Below are positions 13,387-24,959 of a DNA stretch of 64,000 nt, one piece after another (position 1 is the stretch's first letter; the number at the start of each line of letters is the position of its first letter). The notes under the pieces are model-generated. The model was not told where the DNA came from, ran no database searches, and worked only from the letters and a program-made list of their open reading frames with translations. The stretch is from Macrostomum lignano (taxonomy: Eukaryota). Position numbers and translations under genes: made by a program. Location of the stretch: the NCBI GenBank assembly GCA_002269645.1, contig NIVC01000143.1, forward strand, positions 657,153 to 721,152, in the 5' to 3' direction.

Positions 13387-15253
13387 GCTCGTACAAGCTA
13401 CTAATACGCTATTATACTATCTTGAAATTAAACAGAATTGCTCTGCTATTAACTATACTCTCTACTTAGAGTAGAAATACAACAGAGAACGTTAAATAAA
13501 AAAAATCTTTAGGGAGTTCGAATAATTGCTATGTGGAACAATGGACACTGGAAAACAATGGAAATTGACTCCGATTTTGTGTCCATGTGTCGGTGTTCAG
13601 ATCCTTCTGCACTTAATTTGCTGTAATATCATTTTTTACAAATCAAATATTTTGTATTTTTCAGTCACGAGGTCAATCTGCAACTCTCCAATTTAACATG
13701 GTGCAAAAGCATTGTATAATATGCAGACATGCCTGGTTTGGTACCTTGACAGGAAAATCACGATGTTGGGGTGCCAGCTCGTCAGGCCCGCGTGGTGGCA
13801 CTCCGTTGAAGGTCCCGAAGGTCGCTTGTATGTCTACAGGTCAACCTGGAGGGTCGCCATCGTCCATTTCATTCGCCGATTATGTCTACTGACTGAATGC
13901 TGCATGCAGAAGAGGATTCTTTCATTTCAGTTTTGGAAACGCATGAGCCATCTCTGAGATGCCGATCGGGTGCTTTTTTGAAGGTCCTGACGGTCGCCGC
14001 CGATGCTCCAGACGGTGATGAAGGGGACCCTGGTGCCTGGGATGCTGAGAAAAAAGGCCTCTACGACTGATATGCATAGTTTGTTGAGCCGACGTGGTTT
14101 TATGATAGATTTTATCAGCAGAAAAAATTTGCCAATGTTGGTGGTTTTTTTCTCCGGACACCCCGAGAAGAATCGTTGAATATCTGGACGATGCCGATTT
14201 TTCGTGATTCTTAAAGTTGCTCTATCGAATAGAGCGGAAAATTTTAGCCCGTGTTCTGGATTTTCATGGCAATTGGTTGAACATTCTTGGAGATCCAGGC
14301 ACAGGAAAAATGTGTGTATTTGAAATACACCCCCAGGGTCTTTCTACTGTAAACTGATAGAAAATGAAAGCGTCTTGTTGTCTCTGTGAAAACCTCAAAC
14401 CGTTCTTTCTATTCTGGCTCATCGTTTCATATTGTATTCGATTTGTGCAGTGTTTGCATATTTCAAACGCTTGGCCAATAGAACTCCAATGGACCGTTCC
14501 CTTTTGCATGCAACAACCAAGGACGACTTAAGTAGAATGGACGGGAAACCTCGTTTCTGCCTAAATTTTAGAAGGCAAGTTTTTCCGAAACAGGACACAG
14601 CTCTAATTCCTGGTTTTATGAATCTATTTTATCATCTCTCTTACAAATATTTGCTACACAGTCAGCTAAGAATGATAAAATAGACACAAAACCAAAGAGC
14701 CGAGCCGTGCCATTTCAATGTTTTTTAGGCACAAGACACGTGCAAATGTACGTAGAATAAAAAATCCACATAGACTCTAATTTTTTGAACGGAGAGCTTT
14801 ATGAACATCGATAGAGCACTAAGAAAGGCACACCATATCAAAAAATGAAACACTGGATCTGCCTCCTATCAAAAGCAATAACAATTTTTGTGCTGAAAAA
14901 ATGAAAACTTCCTATCTCCGTAGTGTATTTTTTCGGGAAAACCTAGCTGCCTTTTAAAATTTTCAAAGAAACCAGGTTTCCCCTCCTTCTACTTTAAGTC
15001 GTCCTTGGCCACGACACATACATGTATAGCGCGACAAAATTTATAATAAAATCGGCAAGATTCTGTTAACAATAAAATACCTACAGTATAACTATTAATA
15101 GCTTTTAGTATCCTATACTTTTGAAAGCTTTAGTCTGTGTCATAATCCGTCTAAAATTGTGTCTAAATCTACTAAAAACTGACTGACGAACTCGTTAAAA
15201 GATATTCATTCTCAGCTTCATCAAGTTATAACTCAACAGTCGCACAAACCACA

Positions 15254-15682
15254 ATGAAGCAGCAGCAGCAGCAGAAAAAAAGCCCAAAAGATGAGGCAGA
15301 CCGGACTCTCGATCTGGTCTGCCTGCTCGACGCCCACCTACGAGCTAGCGGTCTGAAACGAGAGGTGAGCCGGTACATAGTCAGTGAGCTGAACAACTGC
15401 TCAGAGCTGAAGGCGCGGATTCACGAGCAGACCAAGCTGCGCATGCAGATGCTGGACGTTGAGTCAGACTCAGTAGCCGAGAGGAACCACCTGGTGCGAG
15501 ATATCTTTGAGGCTGTGCGGCCCCTGGTGCCCGATAGAATTCAGCTGCACGCGGCCGAGATGGTGAAGCCGGCGGCGACCGAGCTGCTGAAGAAGCGGAG
15601 GCTGGGAGCCGAAACTGGGCTGCAACGCGTCATCGATCAGAGGCTGAGTTCGACAAGGAGCAATTCGTTCCCTGAATTTTGA
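15254..15682 (+). CDS. Hypothetical 142-aa helical protein, family not recognised
   Basis: ATG-started ORF forming a GC-rich island with gene-like codon usage in AT-rich flanks. Short N-terminal polyQ. Confidence 0.6.
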   Translation: MKQQQQQKKSPKDEADRTLDLVCLLDAHLRASGLKREVSRYIVSELNNCSELKARIHEQTKLRMQMLDVESDSVAERNHLVRDIFEAVRPLVPDRIQLHAAEMVKPAATELLKKRRLGAETGLQRVIDQRLSSTRSNSFPEF

Positions 15683-16011
15683 ACTTTTTTGAGACTGAGT
15701 TTTTAGTCAGAAAAAAAGACGTAAAACTCTTCATTTTTTAAACTCAAATCAGAGCATTTGGGCGACATTTCTATTTATTTGAACCGCACTGCACTAAAAA
15801 AATAAATTTCTTTGACTATGCCTTTTCATTGTTTTTTTGCAAGGCTTCTAATAGTCAATTGAACGAGACTGACCCACCATCGCTGCACTGCACAAGATGT
15901 AAATATCTTATATATCTTAAAGATCATGTGGTTAGTGGTGAAAAAGTAGAGTTTACAGGTATAAATCAACGTTCGCTTCGCGATACTTTTTGAGTTTAAC
16001 TTTACTTTAAC

Positions 16012-16295
16012 CAGTACCCCCCAGTTCTGCTCATTTCAGAAAGACACCTCCGCTCAGCCGCAGCTATTGCGCGGCGCATCTGAAGGCTGCGTACGGCTGT
16101 TCAGTCCAAGGAGTGGGGGTCGCTACACACCCTCAGTTACCGCGGCTAATGCTGGCACCCATTTTACAGCTGGGTGAATTGAAGCAATGCATGAATTAAG
16201 TGTCTTGCTCAAGGACACAAATTGTTCTCATTGAGTCGAGAATCGAACCCCCGACCTTTCAGTCGTAAGTCCGACGCTCTGACCACTAGGCTACA
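16012..16295 (-). mobile_element. tRNA-derived SINE with conserved central domain
   Basis: Minus strand shows A box TAGCCTAGTGG and B box GGTTCGATTC, then GTGTCCTTGAGCAAGACACTT and CACCCAGCTGTAAAATGGG, motifs typical of conserved-core SINE superfamilies. No complete acceptor stem. Confidence 0.8.
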
Positions 16296-16648
16296 AACCA
16301 CTTATAGGATGAATAAAGAAAACTAACAAAAACAGGTATCAGGTGCTATAAAAACAGCATCTCAGGTCTGCAGCAGCACCTCCCGCACCCGATGAGGGCA
16401 GTACGTACTGTACGTTGTTAACTGCATGCTTTACTGAAAGTATAGCGACGGACAAACTATGATGTAGAAAGACAACATAGTGAAAAGACGTGTTACCTTT
16501 TTGAGTGGAAAAATTTCTAGACGAATCAGAGCAGCCCTCAAAAAGCTCCGCTTACAAAACTGACGCACAACAGCGAGAGCAGCTAACAAAACACAGAAGC
16601 GCTCCAGCTTCGGTGATTGCGATTTTTGAAAACTGGTGTTTTGAAAGC

Positions 16649-17659
16649 ATGAAGCAGGAATTTTTATTCGTTGCGCTAATGTGCGCCACAATTCACGGCT
16701 GCGATGCTCAAGAGAAAACAAAAGTGACGACGTTCAAACTAATGAAAGAACGCTGCCTGAACTTTTCTTTGTCTGCTTGGCAGAAGCCTTCGCCCTCCGC
16801 CTCCCTGCTCGACTGCTTCGTGTCGAGTCGGTCGTTCCGTCTCGGCAGCGTCGGCGTGGTGCAGCGGAACAAGCGAGACGCCTCGTGCGCGCTGTTCCGC
16901 TTCGGTGAGGTGTGCCGCCTGCTCAACTTGACCTCCACGACATCGACTTCGGGAGTGGCCGCTGAGAGCAGCTGCGAAACCCTGGTGGACTCGGAGTACG
17001 ACGCGATCGCTGCGAACGAGCACTTCAGCGCTGTGTGGGTCGGAGACAGGGGACCGGCGCTGGAGAACCTGGTGTGCGGCTCCGAGGGACAGAGGAACCC
17101 CGTGAAGTCGCTCAATGTGACCTGGACGAGTGAGGGCGCTCGCATGGACGGAGTCTCGTCTCGGCTGTGGGTGGACGACCCCACAGGTCTGGACTTCACG
17201 GCGTCCTACACCTGGGTGCTGCACCTGAAGAGGACTCCCAAGAAGCAATGCTATTTGGAGTTGAGCAGCTGCAGCAATTTGGGCGGCAGCTTCGAGTACC
17301 GTGATCATTTCTGGGAGCTCAGCATGCTCTCGAACATCACGCGGTCCCTGAATCTGATGCCGGGCCAACCACGCCGATTCCAAACCGGCTCTGTGCTGCC
17401 CATCGACCCGCAGCAATTTTTAATTTTAGGCGTTGTCTTTGACCGAACGGCGAGTCAGTGCAGATTTTTCCCAGGCTCCGCGCACTCCATCGATTCGGAA
17501 TTTGTCACCTATACTTTGTCCAGCTACAATACCACTGGTGCCTGCATTAAGATCGGCTGGCGCTACCCAAACTACGGCCTACTCGATGGGGTCATCAGGG
17601 CTGTGGCCGTGGCCAACACGGCTCTGGACGATGAGGCCGTTCGAAAGCTTTTTAATTAG
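16649..17659 (+). CDS. Secreted protein, 336 aa: signal peptide, Cys-containing PAN/apple-like N-terminal region, LamG/ConA-like C-terminal region (family copy 1, intact)
   Basis: MKQEFLFVALMCATIHGCDAQ looks like a signal peptide. MDGVSSRLWV, LDFTASYTWVLHLK, IKIGWRY and LLDGVIRAVAVANTALDDEAVRKLF resemble LamG-like strands. Single exon. Domain names are inferred by eye. Confidence 0.8.
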   Translation: MKQEFLFVALMCATIHGCDAQEKTKVTTFKLMKERCLNFSLSAWQKPSPSASLLDCFVSSRSFRLGSVGVVQRNKRDASCALFRFGEVCRLLNLTSTTSTSGVAAESSCETLVDSEYDAIAANEHFSAVWVGDRGPALENLVCGSEGQRNPVKSLNVTWTSEGARMDGVSSRLWVDDPTGLDFTASYTWVLHLKRTPKKQCYLELSSCSNLGGSFEYRDHFWELSMLSNITRSLNLMPGQPRRFQTGSVLPIDPQQFLILGVVFDRTASQCRFFPGSAHSIDSEFVTYTLSSYNTTGACIKIGWRYPNYGLLDGVIRAVAVANTALDDEAVRKLFN

Positions 17660-17973
17660 GCAGTCGATTTAAAAATACTTTGATTCAGACGAATGTGACC
17701 TTTGGTAAGTGAAAATCTTTTTGGAACTTTGTCTGGAATTCTGGCAAAGGCTCGGTCAATGCTCTTGATAAAAATATGTAATGCAGATTCTTTTTTGTGA
17801 ACGTGCATGTGATTAATGACCAAATATCTGGTTGAAAAGAACTTAATATTTGACCTTTGTCCGTGACAATTTTACACGAATCAGGTGACTTTTAAAAGTG
17901 AAGAAGGAATTGGTTCTTAAGAAAATGTGCTTTTTTAATTGTTTTCCATGAACTTTTTTTGCTCCTTGCTTTT

Positions 17974-18009
17974 TGGGCGCCCTGAAGGGGGGCCGCACTA
18001 GATTGCTAG
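17974..18009 (+). mobile_element. Possible Helitron 3' terminus
   Basis: Imperfect GC-rich hairpin GGGCGCCCTGAAGGGGGGCCGC, about 10 nt spacer, CTAG at 18006-18009 followed by T. Confidence 0.4.
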
Positions 18010-19281
18010 TATATTCTAAGAGTACTTAAAGTGATATAATGAACTCTCGGCTTATTTCTTTAAATGGTTTCGGTTTTTGTATGCCTGAATCGATGAAGAT
18101 GGGATCAATTACGTAAACCAATAAGCTTAAGTAAGAATAAGCAATAAATTGATAATAGTCTCTCACGCACGACAGGGGTCCTTCTATCGAGAATAGTAAT
18201 AGCATGCACAATTAAAAATTCGATTTTATATACTTTACGGTCTCTTATATATTGTCTCTTTATTCTTCTTGTCATAAATGAAAGTGCGAAATTCGGATGG
18301 ACTATCAATTGGAGACACTGTTTTCAAACATTCGCAATTGTCAACTTGAGCCACCTGTTGGAGGTCCAGAAATTTGAGAAGTCATAGCTGATGCAGACAC
18401 ATGCGGTCGACGTGCTGATGAAATTGGAAGGCCTGGGAAGGCTGCACTGAGTTGTATTGAACAAATTAGCGTTCATGGGAAAATTCCGACTTTCTGGGAG
18501 AATTGGGAGAGTTTTCTGGGAGCATTCCGTTTTCGTAGCTAGCCATCCCCCACAATGCATACTGGGAACCCACGCGTATTGCTGTTTGCTTTAATTAACT
18601 CCTTAATTAATTAATGAGAGACTTTGGCAGTTGAGCCAACAAGTCCAACAAAGGAAAGAACAATAGGTACAATGAGTAGGTAAGACGGCTTGGAGCCTGC
18701 TTGAAAAATTTATTTCTATTGTCTTAGCCCAACGTTGAGTTGAGTTGAATATAATGCACTATTTGTCTCAAAAACCATTGGTAAGTTTCCAAAGAAAAAA
18801 TAGAAAAAAGTGGGAAGCCAAAGTGGAACACTCGTTTTACATGCATACGTTTTTTTCTTCCCAAATTCCAGAGAGACTTGTAGCTTAGTACAATTTAAGT
18901 TCTGCTAAGGCAAGAGAGCTAGTCGACACGCACACAGGTATATTTTTAATTGGACAGGCTGCAACCCTAAAGAGGCGCCAATATTTAGTGTCTCTTGGTG
19001 GGTGTCAGTCAGTTAGTCAGTTAGTCAGTCAATCAGTAGTGAGTCAGTCAGTCAAAATTGAGCGCACTCAAAACCGAAGTTGAAATCACAGAATATACAC
19101 AGAATGCCGATTCGAGAATTTTTGTTTAAAAAATCGGTGCAAGAATTGAAATCACACCAGCCTACTCTTGTGAAGCGTTGTTGTGAAGCGTTGATAAGTA
19201 GGGCTTGAGTTTTTGCCATAGACTATTCCAAGAGCGATTTTTATTCTTTGCTTTCAAATGAAAATTAGGTTCAGTCTGAGC

Positions 19282-19995
19282 CAAGGACAACTTGATAACT
19301 CAGGACCGGAAACGAGCCAATTCAAGGCGAAAAAAGTATGAGGCTCGTTTAAAAGCATTGTTCTATGGCCCATCCGTATGCGCATGCTTTCAGTTGCCAA
19401 TGTATACTCGTATCATATTTGACTTTTTGATAGGCAGTCAGAAGGCGGGTGCAGGGTCGGTTTTCTTAAATGTTGAATAGTTTTATTATCTTTCACTTTC
19501 TGTTTGTGGGATGGTTGTCACACACAAGCGCTACATGTTGATTGACGAGTTGAATGCACACGCCCATGTAGTCTGTCACGGTCTAAACAACAACAAAATT
19601 GTTAATGAATTCATGTGGCCAGGCTAAATCTGATTCACAAAGCACATTTGAAGAAATTCTTACCGTCAGTTGATTAGGCAGAGACAGTCGCCAAGCCTCT
19701 CGTTCAGTTGCATCTTTAGGAAATGAAAATACTGCAACATTCCGATCACGGTTACTATTGTAGTTTGCACAACAGAAAATGACGCTGCATTTTCTCGGCA
19801 TGATATTTAGTTTCAGCAAGAATAAAAGTTCTCTCTCTCAATTGCAAGTGCATGCGAAGAACTCAATTTTCAGCTCAGATTTCTTCGCTTTCGTAGCACA
19901 CGGATGGGCCATAGAACAATGCTTTTAAACGAGCCTCATACTTTTTTCGCCATGAATTGGCTCGTTTCCGGTCCTGAGTTATTAAGTTGTCCTTG
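19282..19995 (-). mobile_element. Non-autonomous P-superfamily element with long TIRs and a truncated THAP domain
   Basis: Termini CAAGG...CCTTG, 96-bp TIRs with 2 mismatches, perfect 8-bp TSD GTCTGAGC (19274-19281, 19996-20003). Internal ORF from ATG 19801 reads MPRKCSVIFC...VFSFPKD...EAW (THAP N-terminus). Confidence 0.92.
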
Positions 19996-20280
19996 GTCTG
20001 AGCTAAGTTCAGGCAGTAGTGCACACGAATTTTAATTCGGCTTCATGGAAATCGCTCGATTTGGCATTCTGTGTATATTCTGTGGTTGAAGTGGTTATAA
20101 AGGTGTGCACTGAGATTTTTTGTCTAATTTTAGTTTCAGACTTTTGTCTATGGTCGAAATGTTGGATTTTTTGCCATAAGCTTTAATAGCAATACCTATA
20201 ATTATGACTAACTATAGCAGTATTTATCTATATATCTAACTAAATGAGTATAGCTTAAAAAAGCTTTGATATTGCCAATC

Positions 20281-21486
20281 ATGACTCACGAAGCTCCCGC
20301 ATCCCAGAATGGCGTGTCGAACGACTTTCAATCTTTTTGTCAGTCAGCACTCGGTAAGATGCTTTATTTCTCAAGAAGGCGGCTGCTGCTGCTGCTGCCG
20401 CTTGCATGCTGCCTGCTTGCCGGTCTGTTCTACCTGCATCTGCTCAGCGTGCCGGCTCTGACCCCGAGACACCAAGTTGCACAGGCCTACACTACACACC
20501 TGCAGCTGGACTTGCAGGCTCTCAGGCAGAATTTCCCAAAGCTTAGGGATGAGGTCATCAGGCAGCACAGCGGCCCGCACAGAAACCAGCTGGACCAGAT
20601 GATGCTGAGCTACCTGCCGGTGTTCAATACCAGTGCGTGGGTGCTGCACAGCCCCCGCGGCAGGCGCTTCACCATAGCGGAGGTCCAGGCTGTCGCCAAG
20701 TCCACCGTTCAGCCTGGCTTCCTGGTGCCAAACGTTGCCCACTTTGTGCTACCCTTCGGCGACACCCAGCTGCAGTTTCACCACATGGTCAGCATTCTCA
20801 GCTGCCTTCACGTGATGAAGCCGCACCGCATGATGCTGTGGTACGCTCCAGGCAGGCTGCCTACCGGACAGTGGTGGGACCGAGTGAGGAAGAACCTCAC
20901 CGAGGCGGAGTGGGATGAGAAAATTATCATGGCTCAGAGACCGGTTCCCACATCGGTGTACTCGGTGCCAGCTCGTGGCAGAGAGCACCAGTCGGATGTG
21001 ATGAGGCTGGAGGCTGTGCTGGTATTTGGCGGCGTGTATCTAGACATCGACGTTCTCGTGCTGAAGCCGCTGGACCCGTTGCGGAAGTTTGCCTTCACTA
21101 TCGGCAGAGAGACGAGCGATGGACTGTGCAACGGCATCTTCTTGTCCGCTCCAAACTGGACATTTCTGGCCATGTGGCACACCGCATATCAGGTGTTCAA
21201 TGATGACGCGTGGAATGAGCACTCGGTACGTTTGCCGCACTCGATGCAGCGCGCGTTTCCAGATCTGTCCCACGTGGAGGAAGACAGTTTGAACCGTCCG
21301 AACTGGACTCCGGACGAGGTGGCCTGGATCTACGGGATCGGACAGCAGCACCGGTGGGACTGGAGGAAGAAAAACTACGCTGTACACCTGTTTGGTACAT
21401 TCGAAGATGAGAACATGTCTAGCATAAGAAGCCGGAACTCCATGTACGGAGAAATGTGCCGCCATATTCTTTTTGGGAGCGGCTGA
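20281..21486 (+). CDS. Type II Golgi glycosyltransferase, GT32-like (alpha-1,4-GlcNAc/Gal transferase family)
   Basis: N-terminal RRR plus hydrophobic anchor, VPNVAHFV, HQSDVMRLEAVLVFGGVYLDID (DXD motif), CNGIFLS, WNEHSV, YAVHLF. Single exon; start could instead be the downstream MLYF. Confidence 0.9.
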   Translation: MTHEAPASQNGVSNDFQSFCQSALGKMLYFSRRRLLLLLPLACCLLAGLFYLHLLSVPALTPRHQVAQAYTTHLQLDLQALRQNFPKLRDEVIRQHSGPHRNQLDQMMLSYLPVFNTSAWVLHSPRGRRFTIAEVQAVAKSTVQPGFLVPNVAHFVLPFGDTQLQFHHMVSILSCLHVMKPHRMMLWYAPGRLPTGQWWDRVRKNLTEAEWDEKIIMAQRPVPTSVYSVPARGREHQSDVMRLEAVLVFGGVYLDIDVLVLKPLDPLRKFAFTIGRETSDGLCNGIFLSAPNWTFLAMWHTAYQVFNDDAWNEHSVRLPHSMQRAFPDLSHVEEDSLNRPNWTPDEVAWIYGIGQQHRWDWRKKNYAVHLFGTFEDENMSSIRSRNSMYGEMCRHILFGSG

Positions 21487-22039
21487 ATAACCCTTATTAC
21501 CCTGTCATGACGTGGTAGAAGAATTCAGATTTGGTTAAAGCAAAACATTGCTTTTAATTTCTGAAGTACATGTACAGAGAAAATCCATGGACCCATGTTG
21601 TAGAAGTACATGTATAACGTTATTTATGTTCAGTGCTTGAAAACAATAAACTTAATTAATCCTACAACGGCTAATTTATTTTTATTATAGCTAGTACAGC
21701 ATCACATTTTAGGCGGGTACTGTGCAGAATTTTTAATTGCTTTCGGGCGTGTGACCTGCTGATAATCTTTAAACTATCTTTAAATGTATGTCGAACGATG
21801 GCCAGAGATCATATGGCATCAGACTAATTGTATACATCGTAGGCTCTCTCCATGCAGCGAGGAGCTCCTCGGGGTTCTTATAAGCAGCGGCCGGGTCAAC
21901 AAGCTTTGCCAGCCGAAAGTTGCCTGCAGCCGGAAATTTGCCAGCCAAAAAATATTTGCCAGCCAAGAAAGTTACCAGCGAAAAAATACAGCAAGCTAGG
22001 ATTAAAAAGAAAGGTATATACAGCTAGATTTTATTTTCA

Positions 22040-22252
22040 GATCGGATGTCAGCGAGATCCAAAATGCCAGCTGTTTGCCGAAAAGGGCGTCAATGATATG
22101 GTGATGACAGACTGGGACTGCGACAGCTGCAGGAATTGGTTTCACGTACCGTTGCAGGGGTGCGATACTTCAGGCATTTTTTAAATACATGTATTAAAAT
22201 GTAATGCGAATGATACATGCCACGAGGCCGCGGCGCGGGTGCACTGCACTAG
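22040..22252 (+). mobile_element. Decayed PHD-finger-like coding remnant followed by a Helitron-like 3' end
   Basis: DWDCDSCRNWFH..GC resembles the second half of a PHD finger. Hairpin CCGC-GGC-GCGG, 10-nt spacer, CTAG at 22249-22252 then T. Confidence 0.45.
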
Positions 22253-24008
22253 TTCTGAGAGATCATAACTAAAATACAATTGTACAAGTAGATTAATTAA
22301 TCATTCAGTGCAGATGAACAGCTAACAGTCTAACATGACGGGTGAATAATTTTGGCTTTAATAATGAATAATGGGTGAATATAATGTCGGGTTGCTGCGC
22401 AAGTTGACCAAATATCCTAGAACCGTTAATAGTATTACCGTAAGCTAAAGTAGCTCCTTATGTGGTTTAGAGCTGCAACTTTTTGCGGTATTTCTTGTAC
22501 TTTTGCGTTTTGCAATACGGTAGGTGTAGCTTATTTAGGCTAAACCGATGCTAAACCCCATATTTATATTGCTTTTATGCACATTCCTCAATTATTGATC
22601 GCACCACTTTCACTCTTTATTGATCGCCTCACCCCATTTTACGCTCACTCGTGTATGCCTTGCTTTCTCTGAACTCATAAAAATATCGAACCATACCCAA
22701 ATATATCGCTCAAATACTTTTCCGTTCCCATCGTTTCTATAGCGCATCATAGTTTGTTTTTTTATCTGTAGTTATATTAGAGAAAACTATGTTTAATTGC
22801 TAAAGTAATTTTTTTTTAAATGAATTTACTAAATTAGCTAAAAGGTAATTATGTATTTGTTATATTAGAATAATTTTTTTTAAGAAACGAACTTTCCAGA
22901 AAGTTCCTTATAAATTCGAAAGAAATTTAAATTATACAGTTCGTGCGCGGACCGCACTTACGTCACATGTAATAACCTATGTTGTTGGACTCACATCTAA
23001 GACTAAGTAAAGGCATTCAGAGTCCATACGCAGCCAGGTTTTTAATAATACAATAACTCATTTATCTAAATGTGTTCCGTGTCGCTAATCACTATATATC
23101 ACAATTCACAGTGCTTTTGTTTTTATTGCATTGCATTGTGATTTAATTGATCTCTTTTTTTGACAATTTTTAAGCCGACTAATTTTCTATAGTCAATATA
23201 TTGGTTTTTATTCAATATTTTATTATACGTATTTATTTCAAAAGTAGTATATTTTGTCTAATTTTTACTCTCTTCTGTCTCAGTTCCTGTTTTTTAAAAC
23301 AATAAATAGGCTAGAGATAGGGATAGGCCTAGAATAGAACTTTTGCACACAAATGAAAGTATTCCAAAACTACAAGAGAAAAAGTTTTATTTTATTTTTC
23401 CACTTTTCAGCAAAAAAATAATTAGTATTCTGCAAATTTATGCATACCTTCAGGCTTCAGCTTCAGTTACTATTTATATCTTTAAGAATCAAAACTGTCT
23501 ATATAGTATATTTGTCAATGTACAATTTTGATTGCTATAGACTCCCAAACCAAACTCCTCAACTAAATTACACCAAATTTTGTTCTTACCCTAAACTCAC
23601 TACAAAGATAGTCTTAGGCTAGGCCTACCTTAAATTTTCTAAAATCTAAGTCTAGTTACTCAAACAGTAAAAAAAGCAGTTTTTTTCACTAAATCATACA
23701 TAGTGCCATTCTACTTTTACTAATCCTCTTAAATTTGAGATAGACAATCTTCAACTATGTTATGTTGAAAATTGTTATATTATTTTATTGGCTAAGATGG
23801 CTATGTTAGCTATAATAGTTTGGTAAAAAATTTGAACCATTTCCCTCTATATAGGCAAACTCTATCAATTTAATAGTAAGTAGCAATTTGCAATCCAAGG
23901 CAATCTAGCATGGTTTGTAAAAGCAAAATATTTTTGAAAATGCAATACAAACCTAATTTAATCATAACAAAATTTTAATATTAAGTTTCATCTAAAGGTA
24001 ACTGTAAT

Positions 24009-24685
24009 CCATAGTCAGGAAGGTGGCAAGTGCACGCGGGAATCAATTTATGGAAAAATCCTTGGTGCATGCCAATGTACGCCAATTTTTTAAAACCCTT
24101 AACATGACGTTTCTGTTGCACACCAAAAATCTTGAATACCAAAAATCATGTACGCCTCATGTACATGTGATTTGAATATTAACCGTATTAGATACTATTT
24201 TTAAATAAATTTTCTACTTACATTAAACAAAGTTTATATAAAAAAAGGAAATTCGCTACAAAGAACATACTGAGTATCAAAAACTTTTTCTTCAAATTTC
24301 AAGAATTAAATAAACTAAAAGTCTACAAGAGTCACAAAATAAGAGCATTTAAAAGTTATTGGATATTTTAATTTTAATGTAGGCTGTAGAGTGTAGGCCT
24401 GGCTGTAGCCTCAACTAGTTGGTTTAATCAATATTCAAATTCAATTGTTCACGTTTAACTTTATATATTGTATATATATAGTGTATACATCTATATCTGA
24501 CTTGTTGATATACTGTCAGTTTGTAATTGCACGCCAAGGTTACACGCCAAGTAAAAAACTTGTACGCTGAAAATTTAGGTGTGGCTTGAGACCCCTATTT
24601 GCACGCCAACTTTGCATGCCAAAATTTTAGCGTGGCTTGTGCACGCGGGAAAATTCCCGCGTGCAGGCCACCTTCCTGAGTATGG
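24009..24685. mobile_element. MITE with about 35-bp TIRs and 8-bp TSD
   Basis: Left CCATAGTCAGGAAGGTGGCAAGTGCACGCGGGAAT; right reverse complement CCATACTCAGGAAGGTGGCCTGCACGCGGGAAT. Flanks ACTGTAAT and ACTATAAT (1 mismatch). Internal GCACGCCAA repeats. Confidence 0.75.
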
Positions 24686-24959
24686 ACTATAATGTAAAAT
24701 TTAATATGGTCTCCTAAAAATATGTATATTTCCTTAGTTGTTAGACTGATATAGACTGCAATTAGGTAGAAGATATAGAAATTCTTTTTTGGGCTACATA
24801 TTGGCTAGAAAAATGATATTATTAAAGCATAAAAACAATGATAAAAGTATTATGTCCCATAAACTGGCTTTCCAAGTAGGGATAAATAGCCTTTTACCTC
24901 AAAGGCCAGATAAAAAGGCTGAGAAGCAGATAAGAATAGAAATAAAAAGGAATAGGCAA

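Noticed and set aside
16225-16295. Possible tRNA gene
   Set aside because: A and B boxes are present, but the acceptor and anticodon stems do not pair and the sequence runs into SINE core motifs.
19087-20084. Outer inverted repeat CACAGAATATACACAGAATGCC around the P element
   Set aside because: A real 22-30 bp inverted match, but no element ends or TSD could be defined.
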